From Catajapyx aquilonaris (Eukaryota): DNA of 64,000 nucleotides. The stretch covers positions 1-64,000 of the forward strand of contig KZ538465.1 of assembly GCA_000934665.2 (NCBI GenBank), in the 5' to 3' direction. The notes beneath the pieces are model-generated. The model had not been told where the DNA came from. It made no database searches and saw nothing but the letters and a program-made list of their open reading frames with translations. This document shows, piece after piece, positions 50,303-60,365 of this stretch (position 1 is its first letter; each line of letters starts with the position of its first letter). A program made the translations under genes and the position numbers.

Positions 50303-51059
50303 TTCTGTAAACAATAAACGACAAGTAAACGACTGCGATTGAACCGCAAGTTATGACCTACAGTACCGGAGTGATCTCCTCCGCTTCTTGTCGACTGCTG
50401 AAGGGCTATCTGCTGAAGGCAACCTGCAGCTCCAAAAGTAATTGTAAATAAATAATTACTGGTAATTAGTGGGTATGACCTGACATCTGGGGGGGGGGGG
50501 GAGGGGGGAAGACAGGNNNNNNNNNNNNNNNNNNNNNNNNNNNNNNNNNNNNNNNNNNNNNNNNNNNNNNNNNNNNNNNNNNNNNNNNNNNNNNNNNNNN
50601 NNNNNNNNNNGGGGGGGACAGATCTAGACCGCATTCGAGTGGCTGGCAGGCAGATCTGCTCATCTGCAAAAATGTCCTAAATGCCATTGTTATTAATAGG
50701 CAGCTGAAGAGCAGCCTTTTCATGCCCATTGTTGGGACCAGTCCATGCCGGAAGGACTTCCAGTTGATGATGAGTAGTTTCAGGTAATTAATTTGATCAG
50801 ACTGAATTATAGAAGTCTCAGAAAAAAAAAACACCATTACCTGAGGCCCTAATATTCAACACGCTCAGGTAATACCAGCTTGAATTATAAAGGAATCAGT
50901 TAATCACCTAGTACTTTAGATTATACCATTAATTAAGATGATGCAATTGCTTATATAGTGTGTAATCATAATTCGTGGAAAAAAACACAAAATGCACCAC
51001 ACACAATAATGCACAATCATATACTGCTATGTGGACTACTACAAAAGTGCGGACAATCC

Positions 51060-51190
51060 TAACCGTGGTTTTCTGTGGTTTTCCCATGGTCCCCCCAGGA
51101 GAATTCCGGGATTGGTTCCTAAATAACTAGACCACAGGGGATGGAGTTCCAGCATGTGTGGGAGCGGTCGTCCAAACCCATTATTATATC
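51060..51190 (+). mobile_element. Possible SINE 3' remnant
   Basis: gtggttttcccatggtccccccaggagaattccggggattggttcct resembles a SINE core common in arthropods (recalled, not searched). Confidence 0.3.
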
Positions 51191-51867
51191 AAAAACTCCG
51201 CATTTGGCTCCTTGAAATAAGCTGTATGGAGTCTGCCAAGTAAGAATTTGGCTCCTTGGAAGGTTTTATAACAATGGCATGGCGTGCATGGATTTAAATC
51301 CAGAGAGAGGGGGGGGGGGGGGGGTNTGGATTTGTAGGAATTTAGTTCATATGTGGAGTTCCCCCTTCAAATTACAAGGATGCGTTGTTGTTCTTGAGGT
51401 GGGGGCGGAGGGAGTCTCCCAAGGGAGGGTGCTCGTCCGAGTCATTTCTGACTCTCTTTTAATACCAGACCTTTTCTGCAGGCGCTGGACAGAGAAGGGA
51501 GTGCGATTCTGCCCTGACACGGCGGGTGAAAAGCGGCAAAATACCCGACCAAGCTGAGGTGATCGGGGTGGGGGACAGAACCTCCGGACCTCCCGCTTGG
51601 CTGGCCCGTAGCAATAGGCCACTGTGTCTCCCAACTGACTCCCTCCTGCATGTAACGCATGTTTAGTTTTGGTTCAAGAGGAACTCTCGCTCTGACTCCT
51701 GTCTGGCGCCATTGCTGTTGCCATATGCAATTGTCATGTTTAGTTTTAAGGGTAAGTCTCGCTCTGACTCCTGTCACCATTGCCATTGTCACCGCCACTC
51801 GGAGACCAAATTCTTGGACTTTGAGGTAAAAAATAAATAAAAAACTCCATACAGGTCAGTAATTTGG

Positions 51868-52400
51868 GGCCACAACACAGCGCAGAAGGGGACGTCGGTG
51901 GGGGCACTGGTGGCCTCCATGAATCCTGTGTACACCCGCTACTTCAGCACCGTGGCCATACATCGCCATGAGGAGGAGCTGTCCAACTTCATCGCCACCA
52001 ACATGGTGCAGGCCTTGCACAAGTACAAGGAGACGAATGGCAAGCTACCGTCGCACATAATTTTGTACCGTGATGGTGTTGGTGAGGGACCGCCCAAGCA
52101 GGGGAACCCCAGCCCTGGGACCATTGTGGACGACATCATCACTCTTCCGGAGAGGTATGACTTCTACCTGATCTCCCAGACGGTGCGGCAGGGGACGGTC
52201 TCGCCCACCAGCTACTCCATCATCTTCGACACGCTAAATCTGGAGCCGGACAAGGTGCAGCGTCTTACCCACAAGATGTGCCACCTGTACTTCAACTGGA
52301 GTGGCACCATCCGCGTGCCTGCCCCCTGCCAGTACGCCCACAAGCTGGCCTACCTCGTTGGGGAGTACATACACACCGCCCACTGCAGTATGTCGCTGCC
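51868..52400 (+). pseudogene. piwi: Intronless, internally deleted fragment of a Piwi/Aubergine PIWI domain
   Basis: SVGALVASMN...IILYRDGVGEG joined directly to NP.PGTIVDD.ITLPERYDFYLISQ.VRQGTVSPTSY...HLYFNW.GTIRVPAPCQYAHKLA; no N, PAZ or MID domains nearby. Confidence 0.85.
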
Positions 52401-52972
52401 ATCGATAAATGCTACAGCAACATTGGCATCAATATTTTGATAAAATTCAGAATGTAATTGCTTCTAATAATTGGCAGTGCTTTCAATAAATCCTCTGTAA
52501 ATGTTCAAACTTGGAGATAAAAATTACCTAAGCTGAACAGCCACTTTCAGTAACAATAGTCTGACATAATACCGCAACACCCATAAAAAAAATTACATCA
52601 GGACATTCACATGGGCCGGATTTTAAATTTTTTGAACATGTTAATTATAATTGTAAGCGCTCTGTATTATAAGAGAACAATTGTTGGAGAAAAAAAAAAT
52701 CATGTGACCAACACAACAACTTTCAGATCTATCCGGACCTGAACATATCAAATTTTGAAAAAAATTAGAAAGGTATTCGCATTCCACACAGCCTACATTA
52801 TACAGATCAATTGAAGTACTTACACTCGCAAATGAAACGCATTTAAATAACGCCGCCTGTATAAAAAATTATCAAATCTGATTGTAATTACTTAGCTTTT
52901 GGTTGACTTGCGCCAAAAAAAAGTCGTATAACTATGAAAGTGTGACATGTTCATATATATGTCATGCACTTA

Positions 52973-55235
52973 TCTAATACATATTTCAAGACCTATATCT
53001 GTCTGTCTGTCTGTCACCTAAACAGATCCATACGGAGGCCTCCACATATGCCCCAGGGGTATCACCAGGGGTAGTTTTTTACCGGGAATAACATAGGCAC
53101 ATTGGAATTGACCTCCGAGGTCATCCTTGGCCACAGGAGGCGAAAAGGACTTTGGACGTTGGCCCCCTGTGTTCTAATAATGCTGTTTAGTTGCCCTGGA
53201 AACCATGTCCCTCCCTCCCTCCCTCTCTCTCTCTCTCCATTCCTCCCTCCCCCCCCTGCCACCACCTCCTCCAGCCCCTCAGTGTCATTACATTTCTACG
53301 TGGTGGCTGTACTTTGGTCAGTGCTTTTGCACTCACATTGGGTGCATACTTTATTGTTCCAATTTAGAATTTATTACACACTGTTGCCTTGGTTACGAGA
53401 CTACTGGTGTGATTGGGTGATGGTCACGTTTTGTTCATAATATTCAAAGAGTTCCATATATTGCTATGCTGGTATCTCATTTCAACACGGTGGCACGGTC
53501 CAGCTACGGCCTCGGGGCAGGCCCAGGGTTCGAGCTGGTGGTATACAAATGCGCTGTATGTAAGAATAGCGGTTTTGGGTTGTTTCTTCAGGGAGCCTGT
53601 CGGAATTTTCTTGGCGTACTTTTCCTGCATTACCTTTTCCTCTACGTATACTGTGTCATGTGCTTTTTGTCGGAATTCTCCTGTTCCGAACTGTGTTACG
53701 TTCTGTGTCGTGTAGTTTTCAATCGTTTTGTTTTTATTTGTTTTTTCCCTCTTTGTAAATTTTGGACCTCCACATTCTCAGTGTATATTCAGAAGTCGTT
53801 ATGGGATGTGGTTTAACGTGTTTAAGGTGTGGTATAAAGGTATAAGGTGTATAAGGTGTGCCATAATGTGGTCTACGTAGGTTTGTGTCATGCAGTTTTC
53901 AATCTTCTTTGCATTTGTTTGTTTTTTCACTTTCTAACGTTTGGACCTCCAGATTCTCAACACCCCACCGACTTTAACATGGGCCTAAAAACATAGCAGC
54001 ATTGGCAGAAGCACATTGTACACACGCAGAGTTCGGCTAAGGGTGAGGGACCAATCAAGAGACTGAGGAAGAACACCAATCATGTCTCCACTCTATGAGA
54101 AACAGCGGCCATCAGTCGGAGATTAGCTCCATTTTCTTCAACCCACCTCCTACATGCCGCTTTCCACTACTCAGCAGACATTGACAATAATTCTTCTGTC
54201 GGTGTTGTTGCAATTGGATCTATGTCAGAGGTATGCCACCATTGTCAGGCAAAGAAGTGGAAGGGTGAAACAAAATCGATCTGTTGCTCCATTGGAAAGG
54301 TTAGCCTTCCTCTAGACTGGCTGAGCCTCCACAGCTACTTAAAATGCTTCTCTCAGGTACAGTACATCGTCTGATTCAAAACATTTCCTGAATACCATCA
54401 GAAATTACAATTTGGCCTTCCAGATGACATCTTTTGGGGCCAACGTTGTTAGACAAGGGGGCTTCATGCCTACATTCAAAGTGCAAGGGCAAATTTACCT
54501 TCGCATGGGATCACTCCTTCCTTCAGAAAATCACAGTCCGCGGTTTCTGCAACTTTACTTCGTGGGAAACATGCAACAGCAGGCGGAATACAGTTGCACC
54601 TACTTAAACGACACACGCCTCCACATCACACTGCAACTTCAGGAGATGATCCATTCCACTCACACTTACGTCAAAAGCGTCAAGCTTGCACTTGAGAGTC
54701 CTCCTCCTCTCGAATTTGACTTGGTCATCGATGCAGACAAGCGACCACAAGGTGAGCATCGTGGTCGATTCAATCAACCTTCTTGCAATGGGGCTGCTGT
54801 GATCATGAGTGGTCAGGATGAGCATGGTAATAAGAGGGAAATTGTGTTGAAGCTTCGAGACAACACGCTTCATCTATGCAATTATGAACGTAATTGGCTA
54901 TACCAAATATTGCATGTGCATCAAGTCCAGAAAACACACATTGGATATCAGATTGTAAGCTCTGCCATGCTGGAGCTTCTACACATTCTACATTTACTTC
55001 TACATTTACTGCACAACCTTCAATTTTTCATTACATACTTTTGCTGGATTTTGGAGGTGCATTGTGTATTACCTTACAATCTGACATCCGCAGTGTGGTG
55101 TTTGGACTTCATGCACATGCAATATGCTCCATGTCATGGTATGCCAACATTGTATAGCCATAATTATTGCAAATCAATGAGTCACTCCTATGGAAAAGTA
55201 TTTCATAACCCGAGCAACGCCGGGTATCCGGCTAG
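52973..55235 (+). mobile_element. Non-autonomous, internally deleted Helitron
   Basis: 5' A|TC followed by (TCTG)n; frameshifted RepHel N-terminal fragment ~54180-54870 (CHHCQAKKW.GE...CC..GKV; YNLAFQMTSFG..FKVQGQIY..GSLLP..FLQLYF; GEHRGRFN.P); 3' hairpin CCCGAGCAACGCCGGG then CTAG|T. Confidence 0.85.
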
Positions 55236-55451
55236 TTGTCTATATAATTGCTGAACATTAACAAATTCACAGAATTTAAATATCTGATTGGCATTTAAAT
55301 AATTATTTATTTCCAGCACTGCGCATTCCAATAGAGAACACCAGTCAGAACGCACCCTTAAAAAAAACTGTTTTTCTAAGACATCGGTAGCAACGCACCC
55401 TTTTTTTTATAAATAAATAATCCAAGATGGCGACTGTTCCACTCAGATAAA

Positions 55452-56929
55452 ATGGACGAGGATTTGCTCCTTGCTACGGCTGCCTTTGGGCTTTTCGCGA
55501 TGGCATGCACGGTAGTAGAAAAGGTGCGGAAATGTCGGCGACGTAGGGGACCCACCAGGGATTTGGAACGACGGCGTCACGAGAGAGGAACTTACAACAA
55601 CATACGTGAACTTCACTTCCAGGACAAGTAAGTCGTGTTCCAGGCACTTGACAACAACCCCCTTCATTTAGATTCTTCTTTTTTTTTCCAATAGCGAGTG
55701 GCTACGGATGGATACGTTCAACTACTTGGCCGACCTGACCAGATCACGACTGACACGGCAAACAAGTTTGATGTGTGAAGCTGTATGCTCGGAGGAACGG
55801 CTTGCAGTTACGCTCAAGTATCTGGCCACTGGAACCACCTTTAAAGAGTTGTCATGCGTGTTCCGGCTGGGGGAGAGGACCATTTCGTACATTGTTATCG
55901 AGACATGCTTGGTGTTAAGTGAGGTCCTAGCTGGCCTCATTCAATTCCCCCGAAATCCGTCAGCATGGGAAGACGTTGCTCTTGGATTTTGGGAACAATG
56001 GAATTTCCCCAGGTGCTTAGGCGCCATCGACGTGAAGCGTATCACTCTCAGAAAGCCGTTACTGTCCGGCTCACAAGGGATTGACCTTATGGCGGTTGTA
56101 GATTCGGACCTTAAGTTTATCTACGTCGACATTGGAACAAGCGGGGTTTGGGACGAGTGCAGATTGAGTAGGGAATTGGCCGAGGGGAAGATTGATCTCC
56201 CGAGGCACATGCCGTTGCCTGGGGAGACGCAGCAGATCCCTCATGTTTTTGTCGGTGATGACGCCTTCCCACTCAAACCTTACCTTATGAAGCCGTACGC
56301 CACGAGGAATCTGGCTTATGAGCAAAGGATTTTCAATTACCGGTAGGTGTGTTTCATGCAAAGGTTATTGCGGAGTAATTAAATATATTAATGTTAGGCT
56401 TTCACGAGCGGCGCGGTGCGTAGAGAGCGCCTTCGGAGTTCTCGCATACAGATTCCGTGTTCTCCTGAATCCCATGCTACTGCAGCCATCCCAGGCTACG
56501 ATTGTCGTCCGTGCTTGCTGCACCCTCCACAACCTGTTGCGGTCAAGAGCAACCTCCAGAGATGTGTACAGCCCAAAAAATCTAACAGACCAGGAAGACG
56601 AAAGCAGCGGACACATTACGCCGGGAATGTACGTATAATGTACCTCTTGCCGCCTAAAAGTGCTGTCCTTTTGTGTACATTTTATGCGAGAAAAGTGCAC
56701 AATGAATTTGGCCAGAAATAATCATGTGCATCAGGCCACCTCAACTTCTCTTTTGTTGAAATTACGCTTTTTAAATCATTTCAGATGGAGACAAGATGAC
56801 CACTCGTATTCCATGCTTCCAATCACCCCGCCAGCCAGAGGACAAAACGGTCTTACAGAAGCCGAGGAAGTACGACAGCGATTCAAGGACTTCTTCAACT
56901 CGCATGGCGCTGTACCTTTGTCAGGATAA
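55452..56929 (+). CDS. HARBI1/ALP1-like Harbinger transposase-derived protein; exons 55452-55627, 55695-56342, 56398-56628, 56785-56929
   Basis: ERLAVTLKYLATG, QWNFPRCLGAID, FIYVDIG, FVGDDAFPLKPYLMKPY, IFNYRLSRA.RCVESAFG, CCTLHNLL, PGIWR, GAVP; all three introns splice in frame. Confidence 0.88.
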
Positions 56930-57207
56930 CTCGAAATTGCAATGAACTGTGCCTCTGGCGCAATGTAACACACAAAGAGGACAAAAAAGAGCGTAAGAAC
57001 AATAAATCGGACGGTTTCTACACTTTCACCCAGAAATATTCCCCCGATGCTCATTTAAAAATAATTTTATTTAACAAACATGTCCATTGACAATGTAAAT
57101 ATAATTGCTAGCATTAGTCGCAAAAATATCGCTGAGTAACTGCAACTGCACATTATCATATGAAAATAACACCTCATGGAGCTCTTTAATAATATAACAC
57201 AATCATT

Positions 57208-57420
57208 GCATATATAAAAGGCAAAGTTTGTCTGTATGTCCATGGCAACAGGCGTCCATAGCAACGGTTGTTAGTGGAAGCAGGCCACACGTGAAGATCA
57301 AGCTCGATTATCATCATTACATATATAAGCCGCACAGTTTGTTTGTCTGACCATGGCAACAGGTGGTCATGGCAACAGGTGGTCATGGCAACAGGTGGTC
57401 ATGGCAACAGGTGGTCAGGG
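57208..57420 (+). mobile_element. Helitron-like 5'-end remnants with (GTTT/GTCT)n and CATGGCAAC repeats
   Basis: tatataaaaggcaaagtttgtctgtatgtccatggcaac and a second similar head; catggcaacaggtggt repeated 4 times. Confidence 0.45.
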
Positions 57421-57523
57421 AATCAAACTGTGGAAACAGTCCACTGCTGTGAAGATTTCCAGTATAATATAATAATAACTGTAATTTTAAGGGTGCACGT
57501 GACAACATGTGTGTAAAAATGCA

Positions 57524-58375
57524 TTATTTGGCAGCGTGTTTCCGCTTTATGTGCATCTTTAGAGTGGAGCGTACGACGAACGAGCGGTTGCAATATTCGC
57601 AAATGTATGGCCTCTCGCCTGTGTGTATTCGTGTGTGTTCAATCAAGTGGCATTTGAGAGTGAAGGACTTCCCGCAGGTTTCGCATGGGTATGGCCGCTC
57701 ACCAGTGTGCGTCCGTCTGTGCTGCACCAAGTGTAGCTCCCACGAGAATCCTCGGTTGCAATACTCGCATGTGTAAGGAAGCCCGCCTGAGTGTGACTTC
57801 GCGTGGACGACCAGGTTGGAGCTCTTAGCGAACGACATGTTACAGCGCTTGCAAGTGTACTTTTTCTCGCCCGTGTGAGTACGTATGTGTGCGACGAACG
57901 CGCTGCTTTGAACGAACGACTTGCTGCAAATCCTGCATGTGTATGGCTTATCCCCGTTGTGAGTCGCGCGGTGTCTGACTAACTCGGAGTTGTGCGCAAA
58001 TGTCTTATCACAGAATTCGCATGCAAACGGCTTTTCCTCCACATGCACGTCCGCATGATCAGTCAGTGCCGTACGAGACGTGAAGGACTCGCTGCAAACG
58101 GTGCAAGTGAACGGCCGCTTCCCACCATGGGTCTTAAGGTGCGGTAACATCTGCCGCTTGGCATGAAACGACTTCTTACAAAATTCGCAACTGTAAGTGG
58201 ATCTAGTGTGCGGCCCCTTTGACTTCTCAGCTGCGGCTGAAGCATCCGGATCGTCTTCGGCATTGTCTGAAGCTTCAGGGGCTTGCGCTACTTCAACAAC
58301 ATCATCGTCCGAGTCGTCTAGTGTCACCTCTTCCTTAACCTCAGACTTCACTGTCGATCTATTCACCAGCGGCAT
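57524..58375 (-). CDS. C2H2 zinc-finger protein (8 fingers)
   Basis: VKSEVKEE acidic leader; HTGEKK and HTGERP linkers. Confidence 0.92.
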   Translation of the reverse strand: MPLVNRSTVKSEVKEEVTLDDSDDDVVEVAQAPEASDNAEDDPDASAAAEKSKGPHTRSTYSCEFCKKSFHAKRQMLPHLKTHGGKRPFTCTVCSESFTSRTALTDHADVHVEEKPFACEFCDKTFAHNSELVRHRATHNGDKPYTCRICSKSFVQSSAFVAHIRTHTGEKKYTCKRCNMSFAKSSNLVVHAKSHSGGLPYTCEYCNRGFSWELHLVQHRRTHTGERPYPCETCGKSFTLKCHLIEHTRIHTGERPYICEYCNRSFVVRSTLKMHIKRKHAAK

Positions 58376-58443
58376 CTGGTCTGCAATTAATTAATTAATA
58401 AAAATTCATAATGCAAGGTCAAAATAACCATTCTACAGTTTCA

Positions 58444-58497
<54 letters not shown>

Positions 58498-58500
<3 letters not shown>

Positions 58501-59140
58501 AAGGCAAAATGTTTTCTCGCTTGTCCAGTTTGTTCGTCCAAATATTGTTTGCTTGTCCCTCATTTGTCAATTTGTTGGTCTTACGTTTGTTTGTCCAGAT
58601 AGTTTGTTTGTCCTTCGTTTGATAATTTGTTTGTCCACACACTTTGTTTTATCCTGCGTTTGTTTGTTTGTCCAGATACTTTCTTTTTGTTTGTCCTTCG
58701 TTTGTTTACTTGTTTGTCATGCATCTGTCCAGACACTTTGTGTTGTCCTGCGTTTGTTTGTTTCTCCAGATACTCTGTTTGTTTGTCCTCCATTTGTTTA
58801 TTTGTTGGTCGTACGTTTGTCCAGATACTTTTGTTTGTTAATTTGTTTGTCCAGACACTTTGTTTTGTCCTGCGTTTGTTTGTTTGTCCAGATACTTTCT
58901 TTGTTTGCCCTTCGTTTGTTTGTCCTTCGTTTGTTTGTCGTACGTCTGTTTGTCCAGACACTTTGTTTTGTCATGCGTTTGTTTGTTTGTCCAGATAACT
59001 TTGTTTGTCCATTGTTAATTTGTTTGCCCAAATTGTTTGTCTTAATTAGTTCATTTGTTTGTTGTACGTTTGTTCGTCCAGATGTTTGTCCTTCGGTGGT
59101 TCGGTTGTTCATTTGTTTGTCCAGTTTGTTTGTTTGTAAA
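58498..59140. repeat. (GTTT)n-based minisatellite in a 5'-UTR intron
   Basis: Repeated tttgtttgtccagatac units. Confidence 0.85.
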
Positions 59141-60365
59141 GGTTTGGTTATCCGCAGTACTTTGAAACGCTGTACTTTTCCACTGTCGCAATATTCACCA
59201 GTGACACGTGATCCGTAATTAATTAATTAAGTAATTAATTACCAATTAAAGTGTTGAATGAATAATGAACAGCTGAAAACAGCAGTATATACTTTACAAT
59301 GTTACAAACTAGTTACTGGCCAGGTGTGTACTTTCCAGGGCTCCAGGGACAGTTGGCGTTCCAATTAAGTCTGCAAACGAGAAGCACCTTGACGTGTATG
59401 ACCGATAATTAGCGAAGTAATTGACTCCGCAATTAGTGCAATCTCGACAATAATAGAAAGAAAAGGTGGGTATATGGCGACTCCAAGCGGCGGGTATGAC
59501 AACTAACTAGAAATCTGATTCATATGATAATTTTAATTGAACGTGACTGCTCTTAAATATGTTTTGACAATACATAAAGACGTTTAACTATGTAAAGCAC
59601 TTAAAATAAATTAAAACAGTCCAAATTATTGAGTGGTAACAACGCTAGATGTCTGATAGCGGTCAATATTGAAAATATATTAAGGCTCATTCGGGTGTCT
59701 GCTCATTACCTGCACTTTTTTATTTAATTAAACTTCAGTTCTAATCTAGGGTTAGCTCATACGCATTTTAATGTAATACTGTCCCTACACAATAGGATAT
59801 TAATTTAAACAACTGTAAGTAGAACAAGTTAGCATTTACTTTAAGAAAAAAATATCAATACTTCTGCATTACCAGATCAGAAAATCATTATCGCAATTAA
59901 AGCATATTTAATAGCCTAATTATTAAACATTTCTGCCGAGCACATGGTTTGATTTAATTGGCTGCAAATTTTTAGCGCACATTAATATTGTGCAAATAAA
60001 ATCCAAATGAAAATGTGGGGTTGCCAGACACAGCGCGCACTTCTCCTCACCCGGCGTTCGAAACTTTCTGCTGAAGCTTTAAGGGTCATTCCAGGTCATT
60101 CCGGGTCATCTGGAGGTCAGCCCAGGTCACCATCACGTTTATTACAAGTTCAGTATTGTAAGGTATACACGCATGTGTAATGTAAAGTACGCAATGTACG
60201 GATTGCATCCCAAAAAAAAATGTTTCTCTCCACACATATATGTATATGCACATAATATATTATGACAACCAAAGTTCCATAATTATAATTATAATAACAA
60301 GTAATGACTGATGAATTGTACAGTACTTGCAAATATATTCACTAGGTAAAACTCAGGCACCAGTA

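Noticed and set aside
51340..51830. GC-rich segments upstream of the Piwi fragment as its N-terminal exons
   Set aside because: No recognisable Piwi N, PAZ or MID sequence in the frames examined; splice connection unsupported
33922..56929. One giant autonomous Harbinger element spanning the Myb and transposase genes
   Set aside because: The genes are ~20 kb apart with many host-type genes between them, and no matching terminal inverted repeats were found
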